A DNA stretch of 38,609 bases from a virus: positions 1-38,609 of the IMG/VR virus record IMGVR_UViG_3300027826_000003, one strand, 5' to 3'. The number at the start of each line of letters is the position of its first letter. Positions within the stretch are counted from its first letter, which is position 1. Both the position numbers and the translations under genes were made by a program. Below are positions 23,039 to 28,516 of the stretch, piece by piece. The notes under the pieces are model-generated. The model did not search any database. It was not told where the DNA came from and saw only the letters and a list, made by a program, of their open reading frames with translations.

Positions 23039-23305
23039 TCAATTCTGCCCGTCGAGCTTCGGCATGCGCAAGGTCGAGCAGCAACCGAGCCGGGCCCGGT
23101 GTTCGGCCTCGGCGTGGCGGCGCTGCTGCGCACCGCGGGCCCATGCGTTCGCCGCTCCGATCAACGATCCGAGGCCGGCGAGGATCGCCGGCACGAGCTC
23201 CCACCGCGGCCCGTAGCGCGCGACCTGGTCCAAAACCCAGAACCCGGCGACCGCCGCGTTCGCGCCGAAAATCGCGCCGTCGTGGTGATGGGAGAGGTGT
23301 ACCAT
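23039..23305 (-). CDS. Holin-like membrane protein with two TM segments and a basic C-terminus.
   Basis: 88 aa. The hydrophobic segments are AIFGANAAVAGFWVL and LVPAILAGLGSLIGAANAW, followed by RGAQQRRHAEAEHRAR... Confidence 0.55.
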   Translation of the reverse strand: MVHLSHHHDGAIFGANAAVAGFWVLDQVARYGPRWELVPAILAGLGSLIGAANAWARGAQQRRHAEAEHRARLGCCSTLRMPKLDGQN

Positions 23306-23316
23306 CGTCGCTCAGA

Positions 23317-23481
23317 TCACTTCGCCGGCGGCCCGCTGTTCGCCGCTTGCCCGATCCCGAACGCAGCCGCGAACGCGGTCGACGCGCCGACCAGATCGCC
23401 CGTCGTGAGGTGGTAGATCGCGAGGCCGACCAGGCCGACCGACGCGAGGTAGGATCCGATTGTGGCGGGGGAGAGGATCAC
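23317..23481 (-). CDS. Small 54-aa membrane protein (holin/antiholin-like), not listed as its own ORF.
   Basis: GTG 23481 lies in a GTGA overlap with the metzincin stop. The product is VILSPATIGSYLASVGLVGLAIYHLTTGDLVGASTAFAAAFGIGQAANSGPPAK. This is the only protein-like part of the otherwise Arg-rich 374-aa track ORF. Confidence 0.5.
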   Translation of the reverse strand: MILSPATIGSYLASVGLVGLAIYHLTTGDLVGASTAFAAAFGIGQAANSGPPAK

Positions 23482-24101
23482 GAGATTCTCCGGACAAAGA
23501 CCTGGTAATCTCCCGGCGACGCGAAATCGAGCTCGAGCCCGATCGGCCCCGGTGTGAGGACGTGAAGCGTGGTTGCCGGCGCGTCGACCGGCGGTGCGGC
23601 GGGCGGGTATCGGAGCTGGGCCTGCTCGACGTCCCATTGCTGCGGGCCGACCAGGTCCGGGTTGTAGATCGGCGCCATCACCGCGACGACGGCGGCCGGC
23701 GAGTGCTCGAGGCCGAGCGCGTGCCCGAACTCGTGCATCGCGACCTGCGCCAGCTCCTCGTCGGTCCACTGGTCGTCGAGGTTCAGGCGCAGGAGCAATT
23801 GCGGCTCGCCGGCCGGGAGATCCGTGAGGCCGAGCTCGACGCCGCTCGGGTCGAGCGCGGTGAACACCGCGACGACCTTCGCCGCGGTCGGGTCCTCGGT
23901 CGATTCGATCGCGACTCCGCAGACGGCCGACCACACGGCGATGCCGGCGCCGATGGCGCCCGCGGCGGTGTCGCGGGTCATCCCGGCCGGAAGGGGAGAG
24001 GTCGGCGCGAGGCACCACGTCACGACGGTTCCCGGCGGCCAGGCGTAGAGCCGGGCCGAGTCGGCGAGCGCGGGCCGCGCACAGCGGGCGCTTGGACGCA
24101 T
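23478..24101 (-). CDS. Matrixin-type metzincin zinc metalloprotease (peptidase M10-like catalytic domain only).
   Basis: HEFGHALGLEH (HExxHxxGxxH) is followed by a Met-turn, VMAPIY. Upstream matrixin-like segments are VTWCLAP, AIGAGIAVWSAV and LNLDDQWTDEE. ATG 24101 lies 8 nt after AGGAG. Confidence 0.85.
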   Translation of the reverse strand: MRPSARCARPALADSARLYAWPPGTVVTWCLAPTSPLPAGMTRDTAAGAIGAGIAVWSAVCGVAIESTEDPTAAKVVAVFTALDPSGVELGLTDLPAGEPQLLLRLNLDDQWTDEELAQVAMHEFGHALGLEHSPAAVVAVMAPIYNPDLVGPQQWDVEQAQLRYPPAAPPVDAPATTLHVLTPGPIGLELDFASPGDYQVFVRRIS

Positions 24102-24104
24102 CAA

Positions 24105-24635
24105 TCAGGCTCCTGCTCGTGCTCGGGTCGATCGGACGCTCTCGAACGCGCGGGCGAGTCGATCGCGCACGCAGCTCCGCGAGAAGCCGACCGACTTCGC
24201 GAGCGCGGTGAGCGTGTCGTGCTCGAGAAAGAGGTAGATCAATGCCCGGCTTGTCGGGGGGAACTGGTCGATGAGCGCGTGGATCTTCCGCCCGTCCTCG
24301 TCCTCGTCGTAACAGCTCGGGTCGACGAGATAGAGCTGGTGATCGCGCGTGATCGGCGTCTCGTGCTCGCGGCGCCTCTGTTCGCGGCGGTACTCGGTCC
24401 GCAGCGCATAGATGATCCGCAGCGTCGCATACGTGCCCCACGATGCCCCGCGATTAGCGCGATAGTCCTGTGCCGCGCGGCAGAGCTCGAGGTACGCGAC
24501 GCACCGGTAATCGTCGGCGAGCCCGCGGTGCGCGCGGCCGAACGGTCGCGCGAGCGAATTCGCGAGCGGCACGTACCGGTCGGCCAGCGCGCGCTCGGCG
24601 GCCGTCATCTCTCGGGTCGGTTTTGCGGGGGGCAT
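24105..24635 (-). CDS. Sigma-70 family factor with regions 2 and 4 only (ECF-like).
   Basis: Region 2 is ADDYRCVAYLELCRAAQDYRANRGASWGTYATLRIIYALRTEYRRE. The region 4 HTH is PPTSRALIYLFLEHDTLTALAKSVGFSRSCVRDRLARAFESV. 176 aa. Confidence 0.8.
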   Translation of the reverse strand: MPPAKPTREMTAAERALADRYVPLANSLARPFGRAHRGLADDYRCVAYLELCRAAQDYRANRGASWGTYATLRIIYALRTEYRREQRRREHETPITRDHQLYLVDPSCYDEDEDGRKIHALIDQFPPTSRALIYLFLEHDTLTALAKSVGFSRSCVRDRLARAFESVRSTRARAGA

Positions 24636-24705
24636 CGATTACCCCTGGCCTGGGTGCGTCGCGAGGTGTGCTTCCAATAGGTACTATCGAAAAAGTCGCC
24701 GGGTC

Positions 24706-24744
24706 GAGAAAACCGGCGGCCCGTCGGCGTCGACGGGCCGCCGG
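24706..24744 (-). terminator. Rho-independent terminator downstream of the membrane-protein operon and upstream of the sigma gene.
   Basis: On the minus strand, CCGGCGGCCCGTCG-ACGC-CGACGGGCCGCCGG forms a perfect 14-bp stem and is followed by TTTTCTC. It starts 13 nt after the stop at 24758. Confidence 0.75.
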
Positions 24745-24757
24745 CCCGGTGCCAAAC

Positions 24758-24946
24758 TCAGAAGAGCCGAAGCGGCTCCCAGAACCCCCCCCACCAGAGA
24801 ATCGAGGCCTCTATGGCGGTCCCTATCAGCAAACGAAAGAGCGAATAAAAGCCGGGCTCCGTTTGAGGCATAGGCCTGCCATCCCTCGCAAGCTCGGCGC
24901 CGAGGTTCAGCGCCATCAGGGCGAGCATGATGCACTGAGGTGCCAT
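24758..24946 (-). CDS. Small 62-aa membrane protein with two hydrophobic segments.
   Basis: ATG 24946. The product is MAPQCIMLALMALNLGAELARDGRPMPQTEPGFYSLFRLLIGTAIEASILWWGGFWEPLRLF. This is the protein-like tail of an otherwise Arg-rich track ORF. Confidence 0.5.
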   Translation of the reverse strand: MAPQCIMLALMALNLGAELARDGRPMPQTEPGFYSLFRLLIGTAIEASILWWGGFWEPLRLF

Positions 24947-24975
24947 CGGTCGACGCTCCGGGGGCGAAAAGAAGA

Positions 24976-25578
24976 TCAGCGCCGGAAGAGCAGGCTCCGG
25001 ATCCCCGAGGCCGGGGCCTGCGGACTCGCCATCACCGGTTGTGGGGCCGGTGCTGGCGGTGCTTGCACTTGATAGACGACGACGGCCTGGGGCGTCGGCT
25101 TCGACGCCGGCGGTACGACGACGTGGTCGTACCCGACCCGGGCCAGTCGATCGCCGAGTGCGCCGATCGCGCGGCGCATCGGGCCAGCCGGCCGCAGCTC
25201 GGCCGCAACGGGGGCCGGTGCCGGCGCCGGCGGGGCAGTGGTCGCGCTGGCCCCGCTCGTCGTGACGTGGAGCTGGATCGTCTGGGGCGGCGCCGGCGCG
25301 GCCGGTGGTACGGCGATGTGGATCACGGCCGAGGTCGGCGCCGCGGGGGTTGTCGGCGGCGCCAGCTCGGCCTCGTGCGGTTGCTGGATCGGTCGGAGGT
25401 CGTATTGCTGGACCGGGCCGACGTAGGGACTCGCTTTGACCGCGGCTTGCGGCGACGGTTTCGGAGGCGGCGGGCCGACGCCGCCGTCGTCGGCGCGCAC
25501 GACCAGGCTCAGGACCGCGACCAGCGCGGCCCCCGCGATGAGCCAGAGGAGACCACGACTCCACCGCAAAGACGTCAT
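24976..25578 (-). CDS. N-terminally anchored proline-rich membrane or exported protein.
   Basis: ATG 25578. The N-terminus MTSLRWSRGLLWLIAGAALVAVLSLVV acts as a signal-anchor. The rest is about 170 aa of Pro/Ala-rich sequence (PPPPKPSPQAAV.., APPAPAPAPVAAE.., APPAPAPQPV..). Confidence 0.6.
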   Translation of the reverse strand: MTSLRWSRGLLWLIAGAALVAVLSLVVRADDGGVGPPPPKPSPQAAVKASPYVGPVQQYDLRPIQQPHEAELAPPTTPAAPTSAVIHIAVPPAAPAPPQTIQLHVTTSGASATTAPPAPAPAPVAAELRPAGPMRRAIGALGDRLARVGYDHVVVPPASKPTPQAVVVYQVQAPPAPAPQPVMASPQAPASGIRSLLFRR

Positions 25579-25638
25579 ATCCCCACCCCCTATCGAGCTC
25601 GGCGTACAGCAGCGCAACGCCAAACCCTACCACACCTT

Positions 25639-25664
25639 TTATCGGCCGGCGGGGCATCTCCCCC
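25639..25664 (+). repeat. Intergenic motif copy 1, TTATCGGCCGGCGGGGCATCTCCCC.
   Basis: It shares TTATCGGCCGG plus GGGG..TCTCCCC with 26052..26071, and TTATCGGCCGGC with 31544..31555. All three copies are intergenic and on the same strand. Confidence 0.8.
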
Positions 25665-26051
25665 CTACCCTTTTCCTAACCGGCCGGGCGGGGCCGGCAG
25701 ACGGGGTTTTGTCCTCGGGTCGGGCTCCCCCTTCGGTCTGGGTAAAAAGGGCAGGGGGTGTACGCCCGTCCGTCACGATCGACCGCGCATGAATAAGCCC
25801 GGCCGGGGGTCAGAGTCCCCGTACCGGGCCGTGAGAGCTGACTACGTGCACGCGCGTCGCCGATGGTACCGAGCTGCCGCCGATCGGTCGAGTCGAGTCG
25901 AGCCGGCCGAACTCGGCCGCGTCGGGTCGCGCCGTGAGCGCCTGAACTATGCGATTTATGCGTTTCGCCACCGCGCTCGCGCCGCGCGCACGGGAAGGCC
26001 CCGGAACGGCAACGAGCCGGGCCGGGGCCTCGAGGGTGTCTCGCCAAAGTG

Positions 26052-26078
26052 TTATCGGCCGGGGTCTCCCCTGCCGAT
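26052..26078 (-). terminator. Motif copy 2, which is also a terminator-like hairpin abutting the stop of the XRE gene.
   Basis: TTATCGGCCGGGGTCTCCCCTGCCGAT folds with ATCGGC/GCCGAT and GGGG/CCCC stems. The minus-strand tail AACACTTTGG is a weak U-tract. Confidence 0.4.
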
Positions 26079-26305
26079 CAATCGAGGTCGCTCCACTGGC
26101 GGCCGAGCGCGGCGAGCACGCGAGCGACGGTCTCGATCGAGGGATTGCGACGGATGCCGAGCAACACCTGCGAGAGCTGCGAGCGGCTCATGCCGGCCTC
26201 GGCCGCGATCGCGGCGACCGAGCGGCCGTCGTGCTCGACCAGGTCGCGGAGCTGGTCGAGCGCGTCGGGGGCGTGGGGGGCGGATTTGGTGCTGCGGGTG
26301 GGCAT
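26078..26305 (-). CDS. XRE/Cro-CI family HTH regulator, a candidate prophage repressor.
   Basis: 75 aa. ..SVAAIAAEAGMSRSQLSQVLLGIRRNPSIETVARVLAALG.. is a typical HTH_3 domain. Confidence 0.85.
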   Translation of the reverse strand: MPTRSTKSAPHAPDALDQLRDLVEHDGRSVAAIAAEAGMSRSQLSQVLLGIRRNPSIETVARVLAALGRQWSDLD

Positions 26306-26316
26306 GCTTCGCGTCC

Positions 26317-26790
26317 TCAGTTAGAGCGGCGGGCCGCCTCGGCCGCCGCCTCGACGACCGACGGGTGATCGAGGTAATGATCGGGCGCGCGCCGCAGCGT
26401 CGGCCAATCCACGACCCACATGCCAAGGACCTCGCTCACACGCTCGCCGACCGGCCGCCTCGACCAGTCAGCAAGGGTACGCTCGTCGGCGTCGCGGGCC
26501 TGCGCGTCAGAGACCGCCAGGGAGGCGGCCTGCCACCGCTGATACAGCGGCTCGCGCTCTCCCTGGTTTTCCCCGCGGCCAGTGCCGGCAAACACTCCCG
26601 CCGTGACGACCTCGACGGCTGGCACGCCCCTGACAATATCGCCCGTGCCATAGGGCGTGTCGTCGCCGTCAACGAGCAGCACGGGCACACCGTAGCCGCT
26701 AGCCGGGTGATCCGTCGTAAGCCGCCCGCCGCTCCAGGTCAGAGTTGCCATCGTCGTCTCTCCATCTCGTCCGTCGTCCTGCGAGCCCAT
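26317..26790 (-). CDS. Hypothetical protein co-transcribed with the XRE regulator.
   Basis: 157-aa ORF with its ATG about 18 nt downstream of a near-consensus promoter. An alternative start is MATLTWSG at 26752. Confidence 0.6.
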   Translation of the reverse strand: MGSQDDGRDGETTMATLTWSGGRLTTDHPASGYGVPVLLVDGDDTPYGTGDIVRGVPAVEVVTAGVFAGTGRGENQGEREPLYQRWQAASLAVSDAQARDADERTLADWSRRPVGERVSEVLGMWVVDWPTLRRAPDHYLDHPSVVEAAAEAARRSN

Positions 26791-26807
26791 TGCCCGCCTC
26801 TGAAATA

Positions 26808-26849
26808 AGTATAGCGATCGCTAACGCAGTGTCAAGCGATCGATAACGC
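26808..26849 (-). promoter_or_regulatory. Near-consensus sigma-70 promoter with a duplicated operator-like motif.
   Basis: On the minus strand: TTGACA (26835..26830), a 16-nt spacer, then TATACT (26813..26808). The perfect palindrome TAGCGATCGCTA lies in the spacer. The direct repeat AGCGATCG(C/A)TAACGC occurs at 26813..26827 and 26835..26849. Confidence 0.55.
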
Positions 26850-26871
26850 GACTGGCGCGATTTTTTGACGA

Positions 26872-27465
26872 TCAGTTGGCCGCCCCCTCGAGCGCCCGGC
26901 ACGCTTCCGCGTGCCCGTTCGCGATTTCGCTTTCGGTCCAATCGACGAACAGGGCCGGAAGCTCGTTGATTTTGGCCCATCCGTTGATATACCGGACGAG
27001 CCCCTCCGCGCCCCTTTCCTCTTCCTGGCTCTTGAGCCACGCGAAGAATGCCTTGCCGCTCCGCGGCACGCCGCGGTCGCCGCCGCCGCGGCGATCACCG
27101 CCCCGACCGCCGCCGCTCCCCTGCTGCCGCGGCCCCGCCGTCTCCCACGTCAACCGGGCCTTGCCGCCGTGTCCGTTCGACCCGTTCGCGTTCGACGCCG
27201 CCGCCGGCCGGCGATCGGGCTCCGCGGCCGGCGCGGGCTGCACCGGCTCGTCGTCCTGCTGCTGCGGAGCGCGCATCCGTTCGAGCTCGAGGTTGACGGC
27301 CGTCTCGCACTCCGAGTAGGCGCCCCGAAGCGCCTCGCGAAACCGGTCGACGTCGTCGACCAGGAGCGATGAATCGAGCTCGAGCTCGAGCTCGAGCGAA
27401 GCCTGGATGCTGCTGTAGTTCGGTTGTCCGACCGTTCGCCGGACGCCGACGCGTGCCTTGATCAT
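26872..27465 (-). CDS. Hypothetical early protein with a central RGG/Gly-Arg-rich disordered segment.
   Basis: 197-aa ORF with GGAG 8 nt upstream. The central segment is ..QQGSGGGRGGDRRGGGDRG.., flanked by two folded-looking domains. Confidence 0.6.
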   Translation of the reverse strand: MIKARVGVRRTVGQPNYSSIQASLELELELDSSLLVDDVDRFREALRGAYSECETAVNLELERMRAPQQQDDEPVQPAPAAEPDRRPAAASNANGSNGHGGKARLTWETAGPRQQGSGGGRGGDRRGGGDRGVPRSGKAFFAWLKSQEEERGAEGLVRYINGWAKINELPALFVDWTESEIANGHAEACRALEGAAN

Positions 27466-27480
27466 GGCCGTTGCTCCGAT

Positions 27481-27702
27481 TCAGATTCCGTCGTCGATTG
27501 AGGATTGAGGGTCGTCGAGTCGAGTCGAGTCGTCGGGACGGCCCCGGCCGTGGAACCGCTCGCGCAGCTCGGCCGGGGTCGTGCAGTCGATGCAGATCGA
27601 GCGGCGTGCGATCTCCTCGCGGCGGCGGGATCGCTGAATGTACGCGAGCCCGAACCATCCGAGAGAGCAGCCGCACCGCTTGCAGATGAGCTTGATCGCC
27701 AT
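27481..27702 (-). CDS. Small zinc-finger (CxxC...CxxC) protein.
   Basis: 73 aa. The pattern is MAIKLICKRCGCSLG...SICIDCTTPAE. Confidence 0.6.
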   Translation of the reverse strand: MAIKLICKRCGCSLGWFGLAYIQRSRRREEIARRSICIDCTTPAELRERFHGRGRPDDSTRLDDPQSSIDDGI

Positions 27703-27736
27703 GTTGTCTCAGGCTCCCAAGTGTCCTATCACGATT

Positions 27737-28051
27737 CTACGCGCGCGACGAGTCGAACCCGTCGAGGACCTCGTCGGCGAACAGATCGAGCCGGTCGTGG
27801 AGCTCGTGCAGCTCGGCGTCCGCCGCCGCGAGCTGGGTCCGTGCGCGGACCAGCTCGAGGTAGAGCCGGCCGTACGCCGACGACCAGGCCCCGACGAGGT
27901 AGGGATACTTCGGGTCCTCGGCGGCGGGCGAGGCGGCCCACAGCTCGGCGCGGTAGCGCTCGAGCGAGCGCTCGATCGACGCCTGGACGGCGGCGGGGTC
28001 GAGCGGGTCGGATGGCTTGATCGCGGGCTCGATCGTCTGTAGAGTCGTCAT
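27737..28051 (-). CDS. First gene of the leftward early operon (hypothetical, helical).
   Basis: 104-aa ORF. ATG 28051 is preceded by GGAGCACAATGCA. Confidence 0.6.
   Translation of the reverse strand: MTTLQTIEPAIKPSDPLDPAAVQASIERSLERYRAELWAASPAAEDPKYPYLVGAWSSAYGRLYLELVRARTQLAAADAELHELHDRLDLFADEVLDGFDSSRA
28017..28045 (+). promoter_or_regulatory. Candidate promoter of an antisense small RNA.
   Basis: TTGATC (28017-28022), a 17-nt spacer, then TAGAGT (28040-28045). It lies inside the 5' end of the minus-strand gene 27737..28051. Confidence 0.35.
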
Positions 28052-28108
28052 TGCATTGTGCTCCGTTTGGTGCCCCGTCGGCCGGTTCAGCGGCCGGCGG
28101 GGTTTTTT
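28051..28108 (+). ncRNA. Candidate ~58-nt cis-antisense sRNA with a ~20-nt single-stranded 5' region and an intrinsic terminator.
   Basis: The terminator is ccccgtcggccg-gttcag-cggccggcgggg (12 bp including one G-U pair, 28073..28102) followed by TTTTTT (28103..28108). No plus-strand gene lies upstream to terminate. The 5' part, ttgcattgtgctccgtttggtg, is complementary to the SD and start region of 27737..28051. Confidence 0.4.
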
Positions 28109-28144
28109 CGTGCGCTCGCGGCGACGTGCCCGAGCGACACGAGC

Positions 28145-28172
28145 ATCATACGTTGTACGTACAGAGTGTCAA
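28145..28172 (-). promoter_or_regulatory. Leftward early promoter (PL-like) with a palindromic operator in the spacer.
   Basis: On the minus strand: TTGACA (28172..28167), a 16-nt spacer, then TATGAT (28150..28145). The perfect palindrome TGTACGTACA (28154..28163) lies in the spacer. Confidence 0.55.
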
Positions 28173-28201
28173 TAGGGTGGTACAAATTTTCTAGCGGAGT
28201 C

Positions 28202-28230
28202 TTGCCGGTCGTGTACGCCCGGCGTATGAT
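28202..28230 (+). promoter_or_regulatory. Rightward early promoter 1.
   Basis: TTGCCG (28202-28207), a 17-nt spacer containing GTGTAC, then TATGAT (28225-28230). Confidence 0.45.
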
Positions 28231-28246
28231 CGATATCAGTACAGCG

Positions 28247-28275
28247 TTGGCCGCCCGTTTGAGGCGTGCTATGAT
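28247..28275 (+). promoter_or_regulatory. Rightward early promoter 2.
   Basis: TTGGCC (28247-28252), a 17-nt spacer, then TATGAT (28270-28275). It lies about 30 nt upstream of the RHH gene. Confidence 0.45.
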
Positions 28276-28303
28276 CCGCGCTGCGTTGCGGACTGGAGGA
28301 CTG

Positions 28304-28516
28304 ATGGACGGTACGGCGGTGGGACTGATGGCGAATCCGAAAAAGGCGCGGGCTCTCGCTGACAAGACGGTCGCGTTTCGCGTGTCGAGGGCCTATTCCA
28401 AATGGCTCGACGAGCTCGCGAAACGCAACCGGACGTCCATCTCCGCGCTGCTCGACCAGGCGTTGACCGAGTATGCGAAGTCGATCGGCTTCGAAAAGGA
28501 GGCGCCGGAGCGGTGA
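28304..28516 (+). CDS. Ribbon-helix-helix (Arc/CopG-like) regulator, Cro-like by position.
   Basis: ..KTVAFRVSRAYSKWLDELAKRNRTSISALLDQALTEYAK.. shows the beta-strand plus two helices of an RHH fold. ATG 28304 follows GGAGGA. An alternative ATG at 28328 exists. The track ORF (28058) extends implausibly far upstream through the promoters. Confidence 0.7.
   Translation: MDGTAVGLMANPKKARALADKTVAFRVSRAYSKWLDELAKRNRTSISALLDQALTEYAKSIGFEKEAPER

Noticed and set aside
23317-24441. A 374-aa minus-strand ORF, plus the Arg/Pro-rich ORFs 24758..25657 (-), 24940..26808 (+), 30033..31541 (+) and 31504..32619 (-).
   Set aside because: Their composition (runs of R, P, G and A) and off-frame overlap with the metzincin, sigma, integrase and other supported genes mark them as spurious. 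Only their short protein-like tails (23317..23481, 24758..24946, 31248..31484) were kept as separate small genes.
24976-25578. The proline-rich membrane protein as the anti-sigma factor of the neighbouring sigma gene, or as an i-spanin.
   Set aside because: Only about 5 residues precede the TM helix, so there is no cytoplasmic anti-sigma domain and no HxxxCxxC. There is no periplasmic coiled coil and no lipobox-bearing partner. A strong terminator also separates it from the sigma gene.
25887-25902. The 16-nt identity GTCGAGTCGAGTCGAG shared with 27514..27529.
   Set aside because: It is a simple pentanucleotide (GTCGA)3 tract. One copy lies inside a coding region (..DDSTRLDD..). It is probably slippage-type low complexity rather than a functional repeat pair.
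26847-26866. A plus-strand mini-hairpin (CGCG-ACTGG-CGCG) followed by TTTTTT, considered as a second antisense terminator.
   Set aside because: The stem is only 4 bp and there is no convincing upstream plus-strand promoter. The A-run more plausibly belongs to the minus-strand intergenic region just after the stop at 26872.
28058-28516. The 152-aa track ORF covering the whole switch region.
   Set aside because: Its N-terminal two-thirds run through the AT-richer promoter/operator DNA and the terminator hairpin. Only the C-terminal RHH domain (from ATG 28304 or 28328) looks like a gene.
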